DNA of 51,325 nucleotides from Oscillospiraceae bacterium (GCA_031260685.1 JAISLB010000058.1:1-51325), one strand, 5' to 3'; shown: positions 16,609-25,587, counted from the stretch's first letter. Notes: generated by a model from the sequence alone, not told the origin. Numbers and translations: made by a program.

Positions 16609-18405
16609 ATGGCTAACATAACCTTCACGTTTGAGGACAGCCGTATCTCCCCGGTTTGCGTAAGCTCGCACGCCGGGGAGCGTCTGCTTGATATTGCGCG
16701 GGCCGCCGAAGTCGCTATCGACGCTCCCTGCAACGGAAACGGAACCTGCCGCAAGTGTAAAGTTTCGATTGACGGCAAAATTGTTCTTGCCTGTGAAACC
16801 GTCGTTCCCGCGGACGACCTCACCGTTCTGGTTCCCGCAACTGCCGGAGCTTTCAAAACGGATATCCGCACGGCTGATTTGTCAGACCCCCGCGAACTTG
16901 CGATTTTTGAGAAAACTCTAAGCGACTTGGCGGAGTTCCCCGCGGGGAAACTCTTTACTACGGAGCTTGTCACGCTCGAACAGCCTAATCTCGACGACCC
17001 GACAAACGATTTGGAGCGTTTGCTGACCGCTGTAAACGCTGAACATATCGCGCTGTCGGCAATACGGCAATTGCCTAAGGCGCTTCGCTCGGACGGAGAG
17101 CTTGCCTTGCTGCGGACTAAAAACACCGTACTAAATATCGGTTCGCCTGTTCCGGAACCTCTCGGTATCGCGCTTGATATCGGTACTACAACTGTCGTAA
17201 TGCTGCTCGCGAATCTCAATACGGGCGAGATACTATCGAAAGCAAGCGCGGGTAACGCTCAAATCCGCTACGGCGCGGACGTTATCCACCGCATTGTCGA
17301 AGCCGAAAGACCCGGCGGCTTAGACAAGCTCAATAACGCGATAATCGAGGAAACTATCAAACCGCTGATGCGCAAGCTGTACGCCGAAGCCGGAGTATCC
17401 GGGGAGCAGGTGTACCGTTTTGTAGTTTCCGGAAATACAACTATGAATCACCTGTTTCTTAAAATCGCGCCGGATTTCATACGTTTAGAACCGTATACGC
17501 CCGCGTTTAACCGTTTGGGCGCTCTCAACGCGTCCGACCTCGGGCTTGACGTCCACGCGCATTGCAAGCTGATTGCCGCGCCCAATGTCGGGAGCTACGT
17601 AGGAGGCGACATCACCGCCGGGACGCTTACCAGTTTGCTCTGGAAGCGAAGCTCCGGCAATGTACTTTTCGCCGACCTCGGGACTAACGGCGAACTCGTA
17701 TTCGGTAACGGCGAATTTATGTTTACCTGCGCGTGCAGCGCGGGACCCGCTCTCGAGGGCGGCGATATGTCCTGCGGTATGAGAGCTACGGACGGCGCGA
17801 TAGACGAAGTTACAATAGACGCGGAAACTCTCGAGCCGGCTTTCAGCGTAATCGGCGGCGGCGAAGCGAAAGGACTTTGCGGCAGCGGGATTATCGACGC
17901 CATAGCTGAACTTTTCCGCGTCGGCGCAATCGACGGTAAAGGCAAATTCGTCAAATCCGGCTCACGCATTACCGAAACCGACGGTATTATGAGCTATACG
18001 CTCTCGCCGGGCGTTGAGATTACCGAGGTTGATATCGACAACTTCATACGTACAAAAGCCGCTATCTTCTCCGCTATACGAACTATGCTGAACGCCGTGG
18101 GATTCACAGTAGGGGATATTGACGAGGTGCTTATAGCCGGAGGAATCGGGAGCGCAATCAATTTCGATAACGCCGTCCGAGTAGGAATGTTTCCGGCGAT
18201 TGCGCTTGATAAATACCGCTATGTCGGTAATTCCTCTTTGTCCGGAGCGTACGCGATGCTGCTTTCTAACGAAGCCGCGCGGAAAGTGGATGAACTGGCA
18301 CGTTCAATGACGTATATCGAGCTTAGTACAGACCCCGGATATATGGAGGAATTCGTAGCCGCGTGCTTCCTTCCGCACACGGACGCGGGATTATTTTGCG
18401 GGTAA
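16609..18405 (+). CDS. corrinoid activation/regeneration protein (RACo/AcsV-like; 2Fe-2S ferredoxin plus ASKHA ATPase)
   Basis: N-terminal plant-type 2Fe-2S motif CNGNGTCRKCKV...LACE, and ASKHA motifs LDIGTTTVV and FADLGTNGE. 598 aa. Confidence 0.8.
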   Translation: MANITFTFEDSRISPVCVSSHAGERLLDIARAAEVAIDAPCNGNGTCRKCKVSIDGKIVLACETVVPADDLTVLVPATAGAFKTDIRTADLSDPRELAIFEKTLSDLAEFPAGKLFTTELVTLEQPNLDDPTNDLERLLTAVNAEHIALSAIRQLPKALRSDGELALLRTKNTVLNIGSPVPEPLGIALDIGTTTVVMLLANLNTGEILSKASAGNAQIRYGADVIHRIVEAERPGGLDKLNNAIIEETIKPLMRKLYAEAGVSGEQVYRFVVSGNTTMNHLFLKIAPDFIRLEPYTPAFNRLGALNASDLGLDVHAHCKLIAAPNVGSYVGGDITAGTLTSLLWKRSSGNVLFADLGTNGELVFGNGEFMFTCACSAGPALEGGDMSCGMRATDGAIDEVTIDAETLEPAFSVIGGGEAKGLCGSGIIDAIAELFRVGAIDGKGKFVKSGSRITETDGIMSYTLSPGVEITEVDIDNFIRTKAAIFSAIRTMLNAVGFTVGDIDEVLIAGGIGSAINFDNAVRVGMFPAIALDKYRYVGNSSLSGAYAMLLSNEAARKVDELARSMTYIELSTDPGYMEEFVAACFLPHTDAGLFCG

Positions 18406-18428
18406 CTTAGACGCTTGAGGGATAAAAA

Positions 18429-20255
18429 ATGTTCAACTATGAGCTGTCGTTTAACGACGCGCAGAAACAGGATAATTCGGGGGAACACGAAAAGCAGACG
18501 CTTTTCCTCGCAAGTGTTTCTCACGAGATTCGCACCCCGGTCAGCGCGATTACGGGGATGGCGAAGCTATTTCGTGAAGACAACCTCGACAAAACTCAAC
18601 TTGAATACCTGAAAAATATCCGCTCAATGTCCGACACTTTGCTTGCGATTATCAACGACATACTCGATTTCTCGCGTATTGACACGGGGCGGCTGACGCT
18701 TGACGCTGTTGACTATTCGTTCACGCGCTTTTGGGACGATGTAACATCGCTGTTTGAGTTTTTGGCAGCTGCGAAATCTCTTGAATTCCGCAAGGAGCGC
18801 GGACCTAACCTCCCGTCAGTTGTTTTCGGCGATGAGCTCCGTATGAGGCAGATTCTGGTGAATCTCCTGACAAACGCGGTCAAATACACGCGTGAGGGCT
18901 ACGTACTTTTCAAAACGGAGGTTATACGTTTCGAGGGCGGAGAGTACTTACTATACACCGTTTCGGACACGGGCGTGGGCATAAAGGACTCGGATCACGA
19001 ACCGCTGTTCAAGGCGTTTTCCCGCTTGGATGAACAATCCGCAAACCGCAACATCGAGGGAACGGGCTTGGGACTTGCGATAACCAAAAGCCTTGTGTCG
19101 CTTATGGGCGGTCAAATCTGCTTTGACAGCACTTACGGTATAGGCTCGACGTTTAGGGTTTATCTCCCGCTTATACGCGGCGACTCCGTACACATACCTA
19201 CTATCGAAACCGCCGATATTCACGCTTCCGGCGATGTTGATATCCTTGTCGTTGACGATTCCCGGATAAATCTCGCGGTAACTCTCGGCTTTCTGAATAG
19301 CTACGGTTTCACCGCTGATTCCGCGGGAAATGGGCGCGAAGCCTTTGAAATGGCGCGTTCTAAGCGTTACGACCTCGTTTTCCTCGACCATATGATGCCC
19401 GAAATGAACGGTCTCGAAGCCGCGGCTGCGCTGCGAGGACTCCCGGGGGATTACTTCCGCGATTTGCCGCTTGTCGCTTTGTCCGCGAATGTAGTCGCAG
19501 GCGCGAAAGAGTTTTTTGAAGCCGCGGGAATGAACGACTTCCTCGAAAAGCCTATCAAAGAAGCCGAACTTGTGACTATTCTCTCTAAATATCTTCCGGA
19601 GGGAAGCGTTGAGATAAACGTTCATAACAGCGACGAAACCGAAGCTGTTGACAACCCTGTTGACCCGAACGTGCAGTCGCATATCGTTGACCACAATATC
19701 GGGCTGAAAAACTTCGGCAACGACCCTCAGCTCTACGCTAAAGTACTGAACGATTTTACTAAGGACCATATAGCGGATTACTCTAAGCTGATGACCGCGA
19801 TACGAGAGAATCGCGTTGAGGAAGCCACGAGAGTCGCGCACACGATAAAAAGCACCTCCGCGCTGATAGGTGCGGAGACGCTCCGCGTCGCCGCGTACGA
19901 CTGTGAAATGTCGCTAAGGCGTTCGAGCGCGTGTCCGCCGGAACTTACAGAAGTGTTCAAACAACGTTTTGACGCGGTAATCGAAGAACTTGCGAGAACC
20001 TCGCCGCGCGAAGCGCCGGAGAAAAAAGCCGCAAAAACGCTTGACAAAAACTCGGCGGTAGTGCTTTTGTCGCAGCTTCTGCCGCTTTTGCAAAAAGGTT
20101 CTCTCGAAATTTTGGAATATACAGAACGGATAGAGGACGTTCTGTCGCCTTTCGGCGTTTTATGCGAATTGCTGGCAACCCATATCGACGAATTTGCCTT
20201 CGGCGACGCAGCGGCTGTGGCGGCACAAATGCTTGACAGCCTATACTCAAACTAA
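18429..20255 (+). CDS. hybrid histidine kinase (HisKA-HATPase-REC-HPt) with no N-terminal sensor or TM domain
   Basis: H-box SVSHEIRTPVSAI begins at about residue 29. G-boxes DTGVGI and GTGLGLAI, REC ILVVDDS...FLDHMMPEMNG, HPt HTIKSTSALIGA. Confidence 0.85.
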   Translation: MFNYELSFNDAQKQDNSGEHEKQTLFLASVSHEIRTPVSAITGMAKLFREDNLDKTQLEYLKNIRSMSDTLLAIINDILDFSRIDTGRLTLDAVDYSFTRFWDDVTSLFEFLAAAKSLEFRKERGPNLPSVVFGDELRMRQILVNLLTNAVKYTREGYVLFKTEVIRFEGGEYLLYTVSDTGVGIKDSDHEPLFKAFSRLDEQSANRNIEGTGLGLAITKSLVSLMGGQICFDSTYGIGSTFRVYLPLIRGDSVHIPTIETADIHASGDVDILVVDDSRINLAVTLGFLNSYGFTADSAGNGREAFEMARSKRYDLVFLDHMMPEMNGLEAAAALRGLPGDYFRDLPLVALSANVVAGAKEFFEAAGMNDFLEKPIKEAELVTILSKYLPEGSVEINVHNSDETEAVDNPVDPNVQSHIVDHNIGLKNFGNDPQLYAKVLNDFTKDHIADYSKLMTAIRENRVEEATRVAHTIKSTSALIGAETLRVAAYDCEMSLRRSSACPPELTEVFKQRFDAVIEELARTSPREAPEKKAAKTLDKNSAVVLLSQLLPLLQKGSLEILEYTERIEDVLSPFGVLCELLATHIDEFAFGDAAAVAAQMLDSLYSN

Positions 20256-20965
20256 TGGCGCTTTACGTAATTGGCGACACTCATTTGTCGCTCGGGGCGG
20301 AGAAGCCGATGGACGTTTTCGGCGGTAACTGGGAGGGCTACACGGAGAAGCTGCGCCGCGGCTTCTCCGTGCTCGGCGAGGGCGATACAATTGTCTTAGC
20401 GGGCGATATAAGCTGGGGAATGAGGCTCACGGAGGCATTGCCGGACTTCCGCTTTTTATCGGAATATCCGGGGCGTAAGATACTCGTAAAAGGTAATCAC
20501 GACTATTGGTGGGACACTCTCAGCAAGATGAACGCGTTTTTTGCGGAGAGCGGCTTAGACGATTTTGAGATTCTGCACAATAACTGCTTCCTGTATAAGG
20601 ATATTGCGCTTTGCGGAACCCGCGGCTGGTTCTACGAAGAGGATAGAGGTTCAAACGCGGAGCTTACTCACGACAGGAGGATTTTTCTGCGCGAATTGGG
20701 ACGTTTGGAAGCCTCGCTCAAAGCAGCCGAAAGTATCAATCCGCGGGAGATTTACGCTTTTCTGCATTATCCTCCCGTATTCCGCGACTTTTACTGCGCG
20801 GAGATAATCGACCTTTTCGCTAAGTACGGCGTTAGCCGCTGTTTCTACGGACACATACACGGAGAGACGCAGCGCTGGGCGTTTGAGGGAACCTACGGAG
20901 CTGTGACCTATTCGCTGATTGCCGCCGACAGACTGGGCTTCGTCCCGCGCCTGATTGAACGCTGA
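20255..20965 (+). CDS. metallophosphoesterase family protein
   Basis: GDTHLS, LAGDISW, GNHDYWW and HYPP...GHIHG motifs. TAATG overlap with the kinase stop. Confidence 0.75.
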   Translation: MALYVIGDTHLSLGAEKPMDVFGGNWEGYTEKLRRGFSVLGEGDTIVLAGDISWGMRLTEALPDFRFLSEYPGRKILVKGNHDYWWDTLSKMNAFFAESGLDDFEILHNNCFLYKDIALCGTRGWFYEEDRGSNAELTHDRRIFLRELGRLEASLKAAESINPREIYAFLHYPPVFRDFYCAEIIDLFAKYGVSRCFYGHIHGETQRWAFEGTYGAVTYSLIAADRLGFVPRLIER

Positions 20966-21094
20966 CCGCAGTGGTCAGTGAGCAGTGAGCAGTGGTCAGT
21001 GAGCAGTGGTCAGTAGGAACGTCCCAATGTCCCAACGTCCATCTGACCACTAATCACTGACCACTGACCACTAACCACTGCTCTCTGACCACTG
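20962..21094. repeat. inverted heptamer arrays (GTGGTCA/GTGAGCA x7 and the complement x7) around an AGGAACG...CGTCCA core
   Basis: The left arm, about 20971-21019, is imperfectly complementary unit-by-unit to the right arm, 21042-21094. The centre reads cgtcccaa tgtcccaa cgtcca. Confidence 0.9.
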
Positions 21095-21111
21095 CCGCGC
21101 ATATTTAGCGT

Positions 21112-21140
21112 TTGACAATCTTTGCAAATTATGTTATACT
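21112..21140 (+). promoter_or_regulatory. sigma-A promoter (TTGACA-17-TATACT)
   Basis: TTGACA at 21112-21117 and TATACT at 21135-21140, upstream of the MinD-like gene. Confidence 0.7.
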
Positions 21141-21176
21141 TACTGTGAATATGCTAATCACGTGAGGAAAGCGCCG

Positions 21177-21875
21177 TTGTCAAAAGTCATTCTTGTCGCT
21201 TCGGGTAAGGGAGGTACGGGAAAAACTACCGTAACCTCCGCTCTGGGTGTATTGCTCGGGGAAAAGGGCGAGACCGTTATCGCGCTCGACTGTGACCCGC
21301 TCGGAGGTTTAGACATTGCGTACGGCTGCGGAGAACGCGCTATTTACGATATCGGCGACGCGGTTAACGGAAACTGCGCAATGAGCGCGGCTCTGGCTGC
21401 GATTCCGCTGCCCTTGAAAAAGAACCGCGCGGCTCACGGACTATTGCGTTACGCTAAACTCGGGGACGTCCGGAACGACGCTATAGCGTCAGTTTTCGCA
21501 AATCTGCGTAAACGCTGCGGTTATATACTGTGCGACTGTCCCGCTGGTTCGGTTCGGACGGAGCTTGCGGACTGCGCGGACGTACTGCTCCTCGTGACTA
21601 ACATCGGTGACAGCTGTAACCGTGCGGCTTCCGCGATTAGACAGGACGCGCAATTCGGACGTTCGCTCGAAGCCGTACTCGCCGTAAATCGCGTGGAACG
21701 CTCACAACTGCGGAAACAGCGCGTTACGCTTGACGACTCAATCGACGACATCGGCGCGAAACTGATAGGCTGGGCGAAAACGATTGACAATCTGCACGCC
21801 GAGACCGACGGCTGGCGGCGGAGGGATTTCAACGAGTTCCGCGAAATAGCGGTCAGACTGCAAACTAATGAATGA
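21177..21875 (+). CDS. MinD/ParA-family P-loop ATPase
   Basis: Deviant Walker A ASGKGGTGKTT and Walker B ILCDCPAG. I prefer the TTG at 21177 (MSKVILVAS) with a GAGGAAAG RBS; the track GTG is at 21162. No minC or minE nearby. Confidence 0.7.
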   Translation: MSKVILVASGKGGTGKTTVTSALGVLLGEKGETVIALDCDPLGGLDIAYGCGERAIYDIGDAVNGNCAMSAALAAIPLPLKKNRAAHGLLRYAKLGDVRNDAIASVFANLRKRCGYILCDCPAGSVRTELADCADVLLLVTNIGDSCNRAASAIRQDAQFGRSLEAVLAVNRVERSQLRKQRVTLDDSIDDIGAKLIGWAKTIDNLHAETDGWRRRDFNEFREIAVRLQTNE

Positions 21876-21886
21876 GGTGAAAAATT

Positions 21887-22282
21887 ATGAACATTGCGTT
21901 ACTGGCACACGATAACAAAAAAGAACTGATGGTGCAGTTTTGCAGCGCCTATAAGGGAATCCTCGAACAACATTCGCTCACCGCGACTAATCAGACGGGA
22001 ATGCTCCTGCGGAGGGAGACCGGGCTGAAAATCAGCACTGTACTCTCCGGTCATCAGGGCGGACTTCATCAAATAGCCTCACGGATTGCTTACAACGAGT
22101 TTGATATGGTGCTGTTCTTCTGCGATTCCACTCACCCGGAATATGTATCGGATTTGAGCATAATTATACCGCCCTGCGACCTGCACTCAATACCTTTCGC
22201 TTCTAACGCCGGAACCGCCGAGGTACTTATACACGGCTTAAGGCGCGGCGCGCTCGATTGGCGGGAGCTCGTACGCAAATAG
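21887..22282 (+). CDS. methylglyoxal synthase-like (MGS domain) protein, probably non-canonical
   Basis: MNIALLAHDNKK...ATNQTG...LSGHQGGLHQI...LFFCD aligns with MgsA, but the GGDQQ catalytic Asp is replaced (GGLHQ). Confidence 0.65.
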   Translation: MNIALLAHDNKKELMVQFCSAYKGILEQHSLTATNQTGMLLRRETGLKISTVLSGHQGGLHQIASRIAYNEFDMVLFFCDSTHPEYVSDLSIIIPPCDLHSIPFASNAGTAEVLIHGLRRGALDWRELVRK

Positions 22283-22311
22283 CCGTAAGCACACAATATA
22301 GGAATACTGCA

Positions 22312-24195
22312 ATGATAGACCTTGCCGTACGCGGCGTTACAAAAGCTTTCGAAAAGGACAAAAATATCCTCGACGGCATAAGCTTCGATATAAACACAGG
22401 CGAGAGGGCGGGCTTACTCGGACGCAACGGCGCGGGTAAAACCACCCTGTTCCGCGTTATTACCGGCGAATACGAATGTGACAGCGGAGACGCGCTTCTC
22501 GCAAACGGGAAGCGTACGGGTATCCTTGCGCAAATTCCCGTCTATCCGCCGGGCTTTACAGTTGAGGACGTACTGCTCAAAGCGCAGTCGCGTCAGCTCG
22601 ACCTGATACGAACCCTCGGGGAACTCTCCGGGAAGCTTGATAACCCCGCTGCTCTCCGCGAATACGACGAACTAAGCGTTCAGCTCGAAGCCGCGGGAGG
22701 CTACGAACTGGACTACGTACGTGACAAAACCGCCAACGGCTTGAACATTCCCGCCAAAATGCGGAAGTCACTCTTTGCGGAGCTTTCGGGCGGCGAAAAA
22801 ACTCGCGTCAACCTCGCGCGTTTGCTGCTTGAGGGCGTTGACCTCCTGCTGCTTGACGAACCTACTAACCATCTTGATATGAAGAGTATCGCTTGGCTCG
22901 AAGAGTACCTCGTCGGCGCAAAGCTCTCCGCGCTGATAATTTCGCACGACCGCTACTTTCTCGACGCCGTACTGACCCGCGTTATCGAGTTGGAAGCCGG
23001 CAAAGTCGAACTATACAGCGGAAACTACACATCGTACGTAGCTGAAAAGCAACGCCGCGAGGAGCTTGCCGCTAAACAATTCGCGCAAATGGACAAGGAA
23101 GCGTCAAGGCTCCGCGAAACCGCTCTGATGTTCCGCCAATATGGTACGGAGATTGCAATCAAGCGCGCCAAAAATATGGAGCGCAGAATCGAGCGGCTTC
23201 GCGCTTCGGCTCCTCCGCCGGCTAAGAAAGAGGGCAAGCTCAAGGCAAGCTTCACCGCGAGGGAATTTCGCGGTGACGAGCTTATGATTGCGCAAAACCT
23301 CTCAAAAGCTTACGGCGAGCGCACGCTTTTCTCCGGAGTATCGCTCGAGATAAGAGCTGGAGAGCGAATCGCGCTTCTCGGCGATAACGGAACCGGCAAG
23401 TCTACGCTGATAAATATTCTCGCAAACCTCGATAAGCCGGACAGCGGTACCGTGCGCTTTTCTCCGTCTGCCAAAACCGCTTATCTTGAGCAGCACGTCA
23501 CTTTCGCGAATGTTAACCGCAGTCTGTACGATACCGTAATCTACGAGACTAACTGCCCTCCGCAGGAAGCGCGGAACCGGCTCGGACTATACCACTTCCG
23601 CGGCGAGGACGTATTCAAGCCTATCTCGGTACTTTCGGGCGGCGAATTATCATGCTTACGGCTTTGCATCCTTATGCGCGGCGACATCAATCTGCTGATG
23701 CTCGACGAACCTACGAATCATCTCGATATCTTAGCCCGCGAATGGCTTGAGGACGCGCTCGACGAATACGACGAGGCGATACTTTTCGTCTCGCACGACA
23801 GATACTTTATCGAGCGTTTTGCCACACGCTTCTGGACGCTTGAGAACGGCGTAATAAACGATTTCAGCGGGAACTACAAACAGTATATAGCGCGTCCCGC
23901 AACTGCGGCGGCTGTTCCGCCGCGTTCCGGCAACTTCGCGCCGACTTTGAGCGATGTTCCGAAATCGGAAGCGAAGCACAAAGGCGGACGCTCCAAGCCG
24001 CCCGACAAATCTCGCCAGCTGGCAAAGCTCGAAGCCGAAATCGCAAAGCAAGAGACCGCGCTGAACCAAATCAACGCGGAAATCGAGGAAAACGCCAGCA
24101 ACTACGAAGCTCTCACCGAACTATACGCAAAAAAAGAAGCCGCAGACTTCGCTCTGAACGAGCTCTACGAAAATTTCGCGGAACTGGAATACTGA
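22312..24195 (+). CDS. ABC-F family ATPase (two ABC domains plus C-terminal coiled coil)
   Basis: Two Walker A sites (GRNGAGKTT, GDNGTGKST), two signatures (LSGGEKTR, LSGGELSC) and two Walker B sites (LLLDEPTNHLD, LMLDEPTNHLD). Start taken at ATG 22312 (MIDLAVRG). Confidence 0.9.
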   Translation: MIDLAVRGVTKAFEKDKNILDGISFDINTGERAGLLGRNGAGKTTLFRVITGEYECDSGDALLANGKRTGILAQIPVYPPGFTVEDVLLKAQSRQLDLIRTLGELSGKLDNPAALREYDELSVQLEAAGGYELDYVRDKTANGLNIPAKMRKSLFAELSGGEKTRVNLARLLLEGVDLLLLDEPTNHLDMKSIAWLEEYLVGAKLSALIISHDRYFLDAVLTRVIELEAGKVELYSGNYTSYVAEKQRREELAAKQFAQMDKEASRLRETALMFRQYGTEIAIKRAKNMERRIERLRASAPPPAKKEGKLKASFTAREFRGDELMIAQNLSKAYGERTLFSGVSLEIRAGERIALLGDNGTGKSTLINILANLDKPDSGTVRFSPSAKTAYLEQHVTFANVNRSLYDTVIYETNCPPQEARNRLGLYHFRGEDVFKPISVLSGGELSCLRLCILMRGDINLLMLDEPTNHLDILAREWLEDALDEYDEAILFVSHDRYFIERFATRFWTLENGVINDFSGNYKQYIARPATAAAVPPRSGNFAPTLSDVPKSEAKHKGGRSKPPDKSRQLAKLEAEIAKQETALNQINAEIEENASNYEALTELYAKKEAADFALNELYENFAELEY

Positions 24196-24198
24196 GGT

Positions 24199-24310
24199 CA
24201 GATAGCAGTTAGCAGATATTAGATAGCAGATAGCGTGGGTTAGGACGCAGCTAAACGTCCAAACCCACGCTATCTGCTATCTGCTATCTGCTATCTGCTA
24301 TCTGCTAACT
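24199..24310. repeat. near-perfect long palindrome built from GATAGCA / TGCTATC heptamer arrays around a GTGGGTT-A-GGACG ... CGTCC-A-AACCCAC core
   Basis: The left arm 24199-24234 pairs with the right arm 24269-24310 with 3 mismatches, plus a 12-bp core stem and an 8-nt loop (cagctaaa). Lies between convergent genes. The purA stop (24298-24300) is inside the right arm. Confidence 0.95.
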
Positions 24311-25503
24311 GAAACAACGTCGTCTCTTGCCGGTCCTGTTCCTATGTAGCGCACTTTTACGCCTACCTGCTTCTCTATCAGCTCGATGTAGGCTTTCGCA
24401 TTTGCGGGGAGTTTGTCATAATCCTTGATGCCTTTGGTGGATTCTGTCCAGCCGGGCATCATTTTATATATAGGGAAACTGCTGCCTTTAACGTAGCTCG
24501 TGCAGACTTTGAGCTGCTCCACGCCGTCGAGTTTGTCAAGCTTTGTGAGTATCAGCTCCGTCAAACCGTTGACTTTATGGGCATAGCGCAGAACTTCAAG
24601 GTCGAGCCAACCTAAACGGCGCGAACGTCCCGTACGCGCTCCGAATTCGTCATCGGGCTGCGAACCGTCGCCGCGCAGCGGTGCCGCTTCGTCATCGGTC
24701 ATCTCCGTTGGGAAAGGTCCGTCGCCCACATCGCTGCTGAAAGCTTTCGCAACTCCCGCAACGCGTGTGATTTTGCTTACCGGAAAACCTCCGCTCACTG
24801 CCGCGTACGCAGCGACAGGATTGGACGAAGTAACATACGGGTACGTACCGAGGTCAATGTCCTTCATAACCCCGAGCTGACCCTCGAACAATACGTGCTT
24901 GCCGCTGTCAATATAGTCGTTGACAAACTCAACCGGGTCAACGAGCAGCGGTACAAGCCGCTCCTGCCAGTAACGCAGCTTTTCGTCCGGAACATCGTAA
25001 TTGAGGTTCGCAAGCCCCGCGGATTTCGCCTGACTGATGTACTCTTTTAGTACGTCAAGGTCACGCAAATCCTCCGCTCTCGGGTTCTTGCGAAGCATTT
25101 TATAGGCATAAGCCTGACCAATCCCGCGCTTCGTTGTGCCTATACCGCTCGCTTTCTCGATAGCTACGTCAAGCTCAACGTGGTAAGGCAAAATGAGGTG
25201 CGCCTTATCCGAGAGGTAGAGCTTTGATACGTCTACGCCTAACTCTTTGAGCATATCAATCTCGCTTATCAGCACGTCGGGGTTAACGACCGTTCCGGTG
25301 CCGACGAGATTTGACGCGCCCGGAGTGAAAATTCCGCAGGGTATCAGGTGCATTTTGAACACTCCGTAGCTGTTAATTACGGTGTGACCGGCGTTGTCGC
25401 CTCCCTGATAGCGTACTACCAAGTCAGCGTCAGCCGCGAGGTAATCGACCATTTTGCCTTTGCCTTCATCGCCGAATTGCGCGCCTACTACGACAGTTAC
25501 CAT
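24298..25503 (-). CDS. purA: adenylosuccinate synthase
   Basis: VVVGAQFGDEGKGKMVDYLA P-loop, GDNAGHTV, GTTKRGIG and TGRSRRLGWLD. Start taken at ATG 25503; the track TTG is at 25521. Confidence 0.9.
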   Translation of the reverse strand: MVTVVVGAQFGDEGKGKMVDYLAADADLVVRYQGGDNAGHTVINSYGVFKMHLIPCGIFTPGASNLVGTGTVVNPDVLISEIDMLKELGVDVSKLYLSDKAHLILPYHVELDVAIEKASGIGTTKRGIGQAYAYKMLRKNPRAEDLRDLDVLKEYISQAKSAGLANLNYDVPDEKLRYWQERLVPLLVDPVEFVNDYIDSGKHVLFEGQLGVMKDIDLGTYPYVTSSNPVAAYAAVSGGFPVSKITRVAGVAKAFSSDVGDGPFPTEMTDDEAAPLRGDGSQPDDEFGARTGRSRRLGWLDLEVLRYAHKVNGLTELILTKLDKLDGVEQLKVCTSYVKGSSFPIYKMMPGWTESTKGIKDYDKLPANAKAYIELIEKQVGVKVRYIGTGPARDDVVSVSR

Positions 25504-25538
25504 TGTATAATTCCCTTTCAATGTGAATATAATATTAT

Positions 25539-25587
25539 CAGTAATCAGTGGTCAGTGGTCAGTGGTCAGTGGTCAGCGGTCAGTTGC
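25539..25587. repeat. tandem heptamer array (CAGTGGT type, 7 units)
   Basis: cagtaat cagtggt x4 cagcggt cagttgc, in the divergent purA / yaaL-like intergenic region. Confidence 0.95.

Noticed and set aside
11951-18405. Calling the cluster a complete Wood-Ljungdahl / acetyl-CoA synthase operon.
   Set aside because: The AcsA/CooS and AcsB catalytic subunits and the methyl-branch folate enzymes are not in the window. Only the CFeSP, methyltransferase, activator and Ni-accessory genes are supported.
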